Shown piece after piece: positions 18,780-26,483 of a DNA stretch of 45,789 nt. A model generated the notes under the pieces. That model had not been told where the DNA came from and made no database searches. It saw only the letters and a program-made list of their open reading frames with translations. How positions within the stretch are numbered: the first letter of the stretch is position 1; every line of letters begins with the position of its first letter. The stretch comes from a virus (lineage: Duplodnaviria; Caudoviricetes), in IMG/VR virus record IMGVR_UViG_3300046008_001462, positions 1 to 45,789 of that record; one strand, given 5' to 3'. Both the position numbers and the translations under genes were made by a program.

Positions 18780-19236
18780 CTTAACCGTTCAGGTTGATAA
18801 CCAGCAGATAAATAACGCGCTCGATTTTTTAGGTGGTCTGGTTTCAGATATGCAACCTGCCACGAATTCCATCGGGCAAGTTTTGGTAGCCAACATTCGG
18901 CTTGGGTTTCGGGATATGAAATCGCCCGACGGTGTGAATTGGAAAGCCTTGTCGCCAACCACCATTTCAAGGCGACGTAATCACTCTGACCAACCGTTAA
19001 ACGACACAGGAATTTTGAAAAACTCGTTTTCTGTCCAAGCCGCCGCGCAGTCGGTTGTGGTGGGTACAAACGCCCCGCAAGCCGCCATGATGAATTTTGG
19101 CGGCACAAAAGCCCAGTTCCCGCATTTATGGGGCGATATTCCCGCTCGTCCATTTATGCCAATCAGCAAGCTCCCTAACCAATGGGAAAAAGACATCGTA
19201 GAAATTATTAAACGGCATATTGAACAGCATTTGTAA
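18772..19236 (+). CDS. Virion morphogenesis protein (Mu gpG / P2 gpS-like)
   Basis: PDG..WKALS..T, L.DTG.L..S, VGTN..A...FGG and IPARPF motifs. ATG 18772. Confidence 0.9.
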   Translation: MTDLTVQVDNQQINNALDFLGGLVSDMQPATNSIGQVLVANIRLGFRDMKSPDGVNWKALSPTTISRRRNHSDQPLNDTGILKNSFSVQAAAQSVVVGTNAPQAAMMNFGGTKAQFPHLWGDIPARPFMPISKLPNQWEKDIVEIIKRHIEQHL

Positions 19237-19267
19237 GTGGCGAGTGCGGTACTTAAAAAACTATTTC

Positions 19268-19301
19268 AAAGCCCTGTAGCCCCAGTGTTGCGGGGCTTTT
19301 T
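19268..19301 (+). terminator. Intrinsic terminator
   Basis: AAAGCCCTGTAG...TTGCGGGGCTTTTT hairpin with T-tract. Confidence 0.75.
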
Positions 19302-19332
19302 GCGTTTTAAGGGTTCGACTTATTTTCTTAAC

Positions 19333-19362
19333 TTGATGTCATTTTAAATTGAACGGTAATGT
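19333..19362 (+). promoter_or_regulatory. Putative sigma70 promoter of a three-gene moron
   Basis: TTGATG-N18-TAATGT immediately after a terminator. Confidence 0.45.
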
Positions 19363-19417
19363 GTGTCCCGACGGCATAAAAAGCCTTTTAAAACAACACC
19401 TAAACAAAGGAAAGACC

Positions 19418-19639
19418 ATGAAAACAAACTTAAACGAATCAACCAAAGCAGGCTTTGAAGCATTAAAAGACGCATACGCTAAAACAGGCTGCTTGGTCAG
19501 AGCAAAGAATGCCGCCCAACTTACCGTTGACCAATTTAAAGAACTCAAACAAGCGGGTTTAGTAACGGGTGAAGCGAAATTTGACATCGGCTCACGCCAA
19601 CCAAGATTCTTTTTTAAACTCACAGGCATCTCGGTTTAA
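19418..19639 (+). CDS. Small hypothetical protein (moron gene 1)
   Basis: AAGGA RBS before ATG 19418 (MKTNLNE). Confidence 0.65.
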   Translation: MKTNLNESTKAGFEALKDAYAKTGCLVRAKNAAQLTVDQFKELKQAGLVTGEAKFDIGSRQPRFFFKLTGISV

Positions 19640-19645
19640 ACAAGC

Positions 19646-20127
19646 GGCGGGGTTTAAACGCCCCGCCCACTCAACCAAAAAAAGGAACCACCATGAAAAA
19701 AATATACGAAGAAGCCAAAAAACAAATTGATTTGATGGAAACCATCGAATTTCCACTCGACGAAAACGGCGACATCGATACCGACCGCGCAAACGACGTA
19801 ATTTTCGAGGCGGCAGAAAAAGTTATCGCAGTGCTTGGCGAAAACTACGAAGTTTCAGCTGACGAAATAAAAGCAGCGGCAGAGCATTTCGGCGAAGTTG
19901 GACAGGCGGTTGTTGAAATTGCCAGCGAATTTAATGCAAAAACACTAACCCAAGTTGTTAACGCCATCTTATTTGAACTGGCAACCAGTGGGTTACATCA
20001 AGAGCAATTCCCAAAAGTGGAAAAACTGAACGAAACGCTGGCGCAGGTTATCGCAACATTGTGTGCTGCAAAAGCGGCGCAAGATATAGTCGAATAAAAC
20101 AAAACGGCGGGGTGGAAAGCCCCCGCC
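19646..20127 (+). repeat. Repeated intergenic hairpin GGCGGGG-N8-CCCCGCC (19646-19667 and 20106-20127)
   Basis: Identical 7-bp stems with 8-nt loops, each just after a stop codon and before the next RBS. Confidence 0.85.
19693..20097 (+). CDS. Acidic hypothetical protein (moron gene 2)
   Basis: AAGGA RBS; 134-aa ORF. Confidence 0.75.
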   Translation: MKKIYEEAKKQIDLMETIEFPLDENGDIDTDRANDVIFEAAEKVIAVLGENYEVSADEIKAAAEHFGEVGQAVVEIASEFNAKTLTQVVNAILFELATSGLHQEQFPKVEKLNETLAQVIATLCAAKAAQDIVE

Positions 20128-20155
20128 ACACCTAACAAGCATCAAGGGTAAAATT

Positions 20156-20434
20156 ATGGAAACTACTGAAAAATGCCCCATTGCAGGAATTTATGAAAGC
20201 AACCATCCAAAGTACGCTGGCTTCATGATCAAAGAAGAAGATGTTGGTTTTAGCTATCTTGGCGGCTTGGGTGACTGGATTGTTTATGCAATCCCACTCA
20301 ACAGACATGGAGATTCTTACTATATCAACGGTCAGCCCCAGCGTTTTATGATGGGACGTGATGTTGGTGAATTTATCCCCGACGAAATTGAAGTGAGCGA
20401 TGAGTGCTACCAAGCCTTTATGGCAAGCCAATAA
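20156..20434 (+). CDS. Acidic hypothetical protein (moron gene 3)
   Basis: AAGGG RBS; 92-aa ORF followed by a terminator. Confidence 0.7.
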   Translation: METTEKCPIAGIYESNHPKYAGFMIKEEDVGFSYLGGLGDWIVYAIPLNRHGDSYYINGQPQRFMMGRDVGEFIPDEIEVSDECYQAFMASQ

Positions 20435-20454
20435 CAAGACTACTGTAAAACTAC

Positions 20455-20483
20455 AAAAAGCCCGATGCCGTGTCGGGCTTTTT
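20455..20483. terminator. Bidirectional intrinsic terminator
   Basis: AAAAAGCCCGA-TGCCGTG-TCGGGCTTTTT between convergent genes. Confidence 0.88.
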
Positions 20484-20527
20484 GTTGCATAAATATTACA
20501 GTGCCTTCTTGCTAAAATTTTGTTTTT

Positions 20528-20899
20528 TTATGCTACTAGGGATTTCTTAAACAAAAATTTTTGAGGTTTTGTTAATACACTATTGTCTAGTAGAAACAAG
20601 TTGTCTCGATAAAAATTATTAGAAATTTCAATTATAGAACAAGGAATTTCAGTTAACTTGATAAAACTCTTGTTATCAAATCTTTGACCATCAAAATACG
20701 CTTCATAAAATCTATCTGATAATCCATTAGACATAACTAAATCAAAAAGCATTTTACCTTTATAACTAAACCCTTTTAAATTATTCGCAATGTCATCTAA
20801 ATATTCATCGATACGTGCATAATCAACAGACAAAATAACAAATTCATAATTTTTAATATTGGTTTGTTGTAATTTGAATTGACTGTTCATTTTGTTCAC
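20528..20899 (-). CDS. rnlB: RnlB/LsoB-family antitoxin
   Basis: GKMLFDLVMSNGLSDRFYEAYFDG motif; directly downstream of the RnlA-like toxin. Confidence 0.8.
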   Translation of the reverse strand: MNKMNSQFKLQQTNIKNYEFVILSVDYARIDEYLDDIANNLKGFSYKGKMLFDLVMSNGLSDRFYEAYFDGQRFDNKSFIKLTEIPCSIIEISNNFYRDNLFLLDNSVLTKPQKFLFKKSLVA

Positions 20900-20906
20900 C
20901 TTATGT

Positions 20907-21938
20907 TTATGACATTATCAGAGCGTAACTGCTATCAATAGTTAGTAGTGTCTCATTTAGTAACTGGTCGGCAGTTGAACGATTTTCTATAATCATAGTA
21001 GTTGCTACGTTCCCATCCGCATGAAACAGTCCGTTCCTATGTTTAGATAAAAAACTGTACGAATCCTCTATCGCTTTAACTGTTCTTGGGCATGATATTA
21101 AGCTAATTGCATCGGAATTAAGTGAATACGGCTTTTTACCTGTCAAATAAGTTTTAAATCCATCTCGACCAACAATAATTCCATTTTCTGCAAATAATTG
21201 TTTTATGTAAGCCTCTAAGCCCCTTAGGGCAGGCATTACAAATAAGGAATAATCATCTAGCTCAATGTTGATTCTTCTTAAAGCTAAAGAAGGTGTCAAA
21301 ACAGATTTTGTTTTTTGATGTAAGAAATCATAAGCATGTGGTAACGCCGATTGTAGTTCATCAAGAATTTTATTTGGTTCATATTTGACATTAATAGATT
21401 CAAATTGAGGTTTCACAACTTGTTCATAAGGCAGTAATTCACATAAAATTTCTATTAAATCTGAATACAGCATTATTGGCTTTCCTTGAACCTGCATTGC
21501 TCCTTTCTTACTAAAAAACTTTATAGTTAACTTGTCCCCATACTCACCAACACAATGATGCTGGATGCCCCCTGAAATAATTTTTGATTCAGATTTAGCA
21601 TTACATTCATCGACAAGATATTCAATAACACTATTAAAATCTGTTTCACTAATACTGAAATATAGGGAAGTATTAGCAGCATCACTAATTGAACAGTTAT
21701 TAACAATCAAATCAGCGATTTCTTTACTTTTCGCTTGGTTTTTCCCCCTAGATACACTAATGGTCGTTGTTGCATCTTGGTTATAATATAAAACCAGCAA
21801 AGCAGTAGGCTCATCCGTATAAGAAATTTCAATATGTCTTTCGATGCCTTTTTCAATAGGCTCAGAACAAGATACCCCTAATGCTTTAATTGTGGGAATT
21901 ATCTTGTTTCTGTCCAGCTTTAATTTACTGTATGCCAT
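20907..21938 (-). CDS. rnlA: RnlA/LsoA-family HEPN endoribonuclease toxin
   Basis: N-terminal K.L.LDRNKI, MQVQGKP, DYS..VMPALRGLEA and HEPN RNGLFH motifs. Start ATG 21938. Confidence 0.88.
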   Translation of the reverse strand: MAYSKLKLDRNKIIPTIKALGVSCSEPIEKGIERHIEISYTDEPTALLVLYYNQDATTTISVSRGKNQAKSKEIADLIVNNCSISDAANTSLYFSISETDFNSVIEYLVDECNAKSESKIISGGIQHHCVGEYGDKLTIKFFSKKGAMQVQGKPIMLYSDLIEILCELLPYEQVVKPQFESINVKYEPNKILDELQSALPHAYDFLHQKTKSVLTPSLALRRINIELDDYSLFVMPALRGLEAYIKQLFAENGIIVGRDGFKTYLTGKKPYSLNSDAISLISCPRTVKAIEDSYSFLSKHRNGLFHADGNVATTMIIENRSTADQLLNETLLTIDSSYALIMS

Positions 21939-22123
21939 TCTATTTCTTAATTTTTGTTTAAAATTTTGACTTCGTATTATGGGGCATGAGGAGCTATCTA
22001 TAAACACATAAGACGTAAAAACTGTTTTTTCATCTAAAGTCTACTCAATTTTTCGGAAAATTGTCACCATAAAATTCAATAATCTCATAGGCTTTCAGTA
22101 ATTTTTTGGCTTATCGAAAAGTT

Positions 22124-22158
22124 AAATTTCGCCTAAATTACTAAACCGTGCGATTAGA
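22124..22158 (+). promoter_or_regulatory. Second copy of the putative Mor/C-activated late promoter site (head-tail operon)
   Basis: AAATTTCGC-N5-TTACTAAACCGTGCGATTAGA. CAATCT -10-like hexamer at 22178, the same offset as at the lysis promoter. Confidence 0.7.
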
Positions 22159-22190
22159 TGTTCTGCCGCGCTGTAGGCAATCTATCGCGC

Positions 22191-23090
22191 ATGAAAACAC
22201 AAAATCAAATTTTCCATTTTTTAGCTGACTTTCAGTTGTCGCAACCCACAGCAAAAGGCGAGCGCACCTTTTCAGGTGTTGCCTATGCAGGTGGTGTGAT
22301 TACTGACCACTCATGGTTTAAGGCTGTAGCCTTTGATTTAGCTACCACTCAAGCTGAAACCCCACTGCCACTGCTTTTTAATCACAACGGCTCACCGATT
22401 GGCGTGATTGAAACCGTGTCCATCGGTACGCAAATCGAAATCGCAGGACGGCTGTTTGCAGATATTGACCCCGTTGCCAAAGACATCGCTACCAAAGCTG
22501 ACCGTGGCATTGTCTGGCAACTCTCCGTTGGCATCTTTCCAGCCGAAACGGCAAACCTCAATTCCAACCAACAACACACTATCAATGGGCAATCGTTCAC
22601 AGGCGAAATCACTTTGCTCAAGCAAAACCGCATTCGTGAAGTGTCATTTGTCACGATGGGCGCAGACGATAAAACCCAAGTCACCGTTTTTAACACCACG
22701 CAAAAAACACAGGAATCCACCATGACACCCGAAGAAATCAAAGCCCTGCAAGACGAAAATGCACGGCTTAAAAACGAAAATAGCCAATTTAAAGCCGACG
22801 CAGAAGCGGCACAAAAATCAGCGCGTGAAATCGAAGTGAAAAATTTATTCAGCGCGTTAGGTCGGGAATATAGCGACACCACAGCAGCACCGTATTTTAG
22901 TTTCACTGCTGAACAATTTGCCGCTGTTTCAAAAGAACTACTGGCACAAAAAGACACGCAAAAACCCAATCTGCCAGCGCATTTATTTAGCACGCAAGCC
23001 ACCGACGGCGCAGAGCAACAGCCAACCACACCCGTTGTAATTGATACCACGGCGATTTATCACCAAATGAATGCACGAGGTTCTAAATAA
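22191..23090 (+). CDS. Prohead protease with C-terminal scaffold region
   Basis: FSGVAYAG, PLLFNH...PIG, WQLSVG and REVSFV..GAD protease motifs. Internal AGGA RBS plus ATG at 22722. Confidence 0.85.
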   Translation: MKTQNQIFHFLADFQLSQPTAKGERTFSGVAYAGGVITDHSWFKAVAFDLATTQAETPLPLLFNHNGSPIGVIETVSIGTQIEIAGRLFADIDPVAKDIATKADRGIVWQLSVGIFPAETANLNSNQQHTINGQSFTGEITLLKQNRIREVSFVTMGADDKTQVTVFNTTQKTQESTMTPEEIKALQDENARLKNENSQFKADAEAAQKSAREIEVKNLFSALGREYSDTTAAPYFSFTAEQFAAVSKELLAQKDTQKPNLPAHLFSTQATDGAEQQPTTPVVIDTTAIYHQMNARGSK

Positions 23091-23458
23091 TGCCAAACGT
23101 AAAAACCGAAGGCGTTTATGGCGCAGAGTTTTTGTTATCAAATGAAGAAACACTCTCGCTCGATAAGGGCGTTTTAATCTCAGGTCAAAACCTCAACGTC
23201 GGCACGGTGCTGGGCAAAATCACGGTATCGGGCAAATACACCCTGCATAACAACGCCGCCAGCGATGGTAGCGAAGTTGCCGCAGCCATTTTATACAACA
23301 CCACCGATGCCTCTGCTGGCGACACCGCTTGCACCGTATTAACAAGGCTTGCCGAAGTAGCCGAAGCGAAGCTGATTTTTAAATCAGGCATTAGCGTGGC
23401 AAACAAAGCAGCGGCGATTGCAGCCCTTGCTACCCAACACATCATCACGAGAAGTTAA
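23090..23458 (+). CDS. Head decoration protein (lambda gpD-like)
   Basis: GTVLGKIT.SGKY...A.DGSEVAAAIL motif; directly upstream of the capsid gene. Confidence 0.9.
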   Translation: MPNVKTEGVYGAEFLLSNEETLSLDKGVLISGQNLNVGTVLGKITVSGKYTLHNNAASDGSEVAAAILYNTTDASAGDTACTVLTRLAEVAEAKLIFKSGISVANKAAAIAALATQHIITRS

Positions 23459-23460
23459 TC

Positions 23461-24444
23461 ATGTTACTTGATCCCTTTAAAGGCGAAGGCTTTACGCTGA
23501 ACAGCCTCACGGCTGCCATTAACAACATTTTGTACACGCCAACGGTGATTGCCGAAAGCGGATTGTTTCAAAGTGCAGGCATTTCAACGCTCGACGTTTC
23601 AATTGAATCTGACGGTAAAACGGTTGGATTAGTCGCGGTTCAACCGCGTAATGTACCGCCACAAGTGGTGCTTGGCGATAAACGCAACATCCGTACCTTA
23701 AAAGTGCCGCATCTACCTGAACGGGCAACGATTATGGCTGACGAAGTGCAAGGCGTGCGTGCCTTTGGCTCTGAAAGTCAGGCAATGGCAATCAACACTG
23801 TGCGCGATGAACGCCTTGCCAAAATGAAACGGCAAATTGAATACACCATCGAGTCGCACCGATTAGCCGCGATTATGGGCAGTTACTACGATGCCGCTGG
23901 TAATGTCAGCTCATTATTTACCGAATTCGGCGTTGCACAAACTACCGTCAATATGGGTTTAACCACGGCTTCCACCAAGGTTCGTATCAAAGTTCAAGAA
24001 GTCATCGACGCTGTTGAACTCGCGCTCGATGGTTTGGCATTTAGCGGCATCAAGGTGTATTGCGGGGCAACCTTTTGGAAAAACCTCATCGAACATGACG
24101 CGCTAAAACAAACGGTTTTGAACTGGAACGCCGCAGCGGATTTACGCAACGACCCGCGTAATCCGATTTCATTCGGCGGCTTATCGTTTGAACGTTATCG
24201 CGGCACATCGGTGGTAAAAATCCCTGACAACGAAGCCTATGCTGTGCCGATGGGTGTCACCGATTTATTCATCACCCGCTTTGCGCCTGCGAACTATTGG
24301 GAAACGGTGAACACTATCGGTGTGCCGTATTACGCCAAAGTTGAACCCATGGAAATGAACAAAGGCGTAAATATCGAAGCACAATCGAATCCACTCAATT
24401 TATGTACTCGCCCAGCGGCAATTATCAAATTGACGGAAGCGTAA
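23461..24444 (+). CDS. Major capsid protein (lambda gpE-like family)
   Basis: F...SLTAAIN, ADEVQGVRAFG, FAPANY.ETVNT.G.PYY and QSNPL.LCTRP motifs. Confidence 0.93.
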   Translation: MLLDPFKGEGFTLNSLTAAINNILYTPTVIAESGLFQSAGISTLDVSIESDGKTVGLVAVQPRNVPPQVVLGDKRNIRTLKVPHLPERATIMADEVQGVRAFGSESQAMAINTVRDERLAKMKRQIEYTIESHRLAAIMGSYYDAAGNVSSLFTEFGVAQTTVNMGLTTASTKVRIKVQEVIDAVELALDGLAFSGIKVYCGATFWKNLIEHDALKQTVLNWNAAADLRNDPRNPISFGGLSFERYRGTSVVKIPDNEAYAVPMGVTDLFITRFAPANYWETVNTIGVPYYAKVEPMEMNKGVNIEAQSNPLNLCTRPAAIIKLTEA

Positions 24445-24445
24445 C

Positions 24446-24883
24446 GTGTACTGCACCAAACAAGACTTAATCGCTCGTGGTTGGGGTGATGAGATTGCGG
24501 GATTATCGGACAAGGCTGGCGAACTCGGTGGCGACATTAACGAGGCAATTTTAGAACAAGCCATCGCTGATGCCTGCGCCAAAATCGACAGCTATCTTGT
24601 CGGACTGATTGAGTTGCCGATTGCTACACCGAGTTCTCATGTTGTGCGCTGTGCGTGCGACATGACGCGCTTTTATTTGTACGACATCGGCGCAATTCCG
24701 CAAGTTCGGCAAGCCTACGAAGATGCGATTGATTTCTTTGAACGGGTGCATTTGCATAAATCGTCTTTACTCGCACTGCTTGGCGTGCCACCGCTTGATG
24801 CACCACCTGCGGTCGGTTTGCAAAAACCAATACTGACATCGCCACTGCCAACATTCACCGATGCGCTACTGGCGAAAATGTAA
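24446..24883 (+). CDS. Head-tail adaptor (Mu gp36/DUF1320-like)
   Basis: YCT..DL, AI.DA...ID.YL, CD..R..LY and YEDAI motifs. GTG start. Confidence 0.85.
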   Translation: MYCTKQDLIARGWGDEIAGLSDKAGELGGDINEAILEQAIADACAKIDSYLVGLIELPIATPSSHVVRCACDMTRFYLYDIGAIPQVRQAYEDAIDFFERVHLHKSSLLALLGVPPLDAPPAVGLQKPILTSPLPTFTDALLAKM

Positions 24884-25323
24884 TGGACATTAACGACTTT
24901 GTAGAGCGGCTCAAAGATGAATGCCCGTTGCTGAAAAAGAAGGTTTATGTGGTGTCGGATTTCGACATTGAAATGCCCACTTCAATCCAGCCGCCTTACG
25001 CCTTCATTATTCAAATGGATGAACACGGTGGCGAAATCACCAACGGCAAACTCGGTCAGCGTGGCTATTCTCAAGAGATGACGGGGCAAATCGGCGTGGT
25101 GGTTGCCGTTAAAAGTTTTAAAGACTTGCGCGGGGCTGAAAATAACAACGAACTGCAACAAATTCGCGCTGAAATTCATGAGGCACTACGCGGTTGGAAA
25201 GCTCCAAACACCACAGCAAAAGTTTCGTTTATGGCAGGCAGAGCTGCCTATTACAGAAACCTCACCACCTATTGGAGTGACGTTTTTCAAACAAAATTCA
25301 TTTTTCAAAGCACCCAATTTTAA
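24883..25323 (+). CDS. Tail terminator (Mu gp37-like)
   Basis: Position between adaptor and tail tube; P.A.II and AL.GW motifs. Confidence 0.7.
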   Translation: MDINDFVERLKDECPLLKKKVYVVSDFDIEMPTSIQPPYAFIIQMDEHGGEITNGKLGQRGYSQEMTGQIGVVVAVKSFKDLRGAENNNELQQIRAEIHEALRGWKAPNTTAKVSFMAGRAAYYRNLTTYWSDVFQTKFIFQSTQF

Positions 25324-25344
25324 CTAACACACAGAGGACAACTC

Positions 25345-26100
25345 ATGGCAGTAGATGAAGGCATTTTGCTGGCTGGCGACGTACTTTTTAATCGGTTCGT
25401 TAGCGGTAAATATCAAGGTTTTGTGGATTTGAATGCGGGGGAACTCTCGTTTAAGTTCAATTCCAAACAACTCGACGTGATTTCAAAAGGTCGAGCAAAT
25501 TACGGACAGCCGCGTGCTACGGCAATTATTCCGTCACCGTCAGATTTAACGTTGGCGTTCAACAAATGCTCGCCAAAAGCGTTAGCGATGGCATTGCAAG
25601 GTACGGTAACGGCGTATTCGCAAGCCTCTGGCAGTGCAACTGACGAAGTCGTGAGTGCAACCAAAGGCGGCTGGGTAGATTTGGCATTTAGAAACGTCTC
25701 CGCAACAGGTTTTGCAGTGAAAAACTCCGCAGGTTCGACAACCTACGTCAAAGACACCGACTACACCATTGATTACGCAGCAGGACAGATTTTTATTTTG
25801 CCAACCAGTGCAATTACCGACGCGCAATCGTTAAAAGTGTCTTACACCTACGCTGCCGTGACCGCAGACAAAGTGGAAGGTGGCACACAATCATCGATTC
25901 GCGGCATTATTCATTTGAAGGGTTTTAACGTTTTTGACGAAAAACCCGTTGAAATTAAAGTGTGGGAAGCCGTTTTAACGTCCGATTCATCTATTGACTG
26001 GCTTTCGGAAAAACCGATTGATATTAAATTGAAAGGTCGGATGGTAATTCCAGAAGGCAGAACTGCGCCGTTTGAACTGTTGTCTAATTTCTCAGCGTAA
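25345..26100 (+). CDS. Major tail (tube) protein
   Basis: Strong GAGGA RBS; TYVKDTDYTIDYAAGQI insertion domain typical of siphophage tail proteins. No sheath gene is present. Confidence 0.8.
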   Translation: MAVDEGILLAGDVLFNRFVSGKYQGFVDLNAGELSFKFNSKQLDVISKGRANYGQPRATAIIPSPSDLTLAFNKCSPKALAMALQGTVTAYSQASGSATDEVVSATKGGWVDLAFRNVSATGFAVKNSAGSTTYVKDTDYTIDYAAGQIFILPTSAITDAQSLKVSYTYAAVTADKVEGGTQSSIRGIIHLKGFNVFDEKPVEIKVWEAVLTSDSSIDWLSEKPIDIKLKGRMVIPEGRTAPFELLSNFSA

Positions 26101-26105
26101 AAACC

Positions 26106-26480
26106 ATGCAACTTGATACTTTAACGTTGCCTGAAGATTTGATTTGGATTGATGAATTCGACTGGACACCGATTGAACAATCCCAGTCCTACTCGATTAC
26201 AGGCGCGTTAATTATCGAAACAGGTACAAAACAAGCGGGACGACAAATCACTCTTGCTGGCGATACCAATTCAGCGGTGATTAGTCGCGCTGATTTAAAA
26301 ATTTTACAGTCAAAATTAACCACTCCTTCGCCGCTCGTTTTAACGCTAAACGACACACGAACTTTCAATGTGATTTTCAATCACGCCAAAAATCCGATTG
26401 ATGCCAAGCCTTGGATTGATTATTCAACGCCCGACGATGCGGATTTTTATACCTTAAAAATCAGTTTAATCGCGGTGTAA
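26106..26480 (+). CDS. Putative distal tail / minor tail protein
   Basis: LPEDLIWIDEFDW.P..Q...SITGALI...AGRQITL, a motif seen in proteobacterial siphophage tail modules. Confidence 0.7.
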   Translation: MQLDTLTLPEDLIWIDEFDWTPIEQSQSYSITGALIIETGTKQAGRQITLAGDTNSAVISRADLKILQSKLTTPSPLVLTLNDTRTFNVIFNHAKNPIDAKPWIDYSTPDDADFYTLKISLIAV

Positions 26481-26483
26481 AAA

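Noticed and set aside
22382-23050. 222-aa antisense ORF, and the many similar antisense or alternate-frame ORFs over phage genes
   Set aside because: They are shadows of well-supported genes, with no motifs or RBS.
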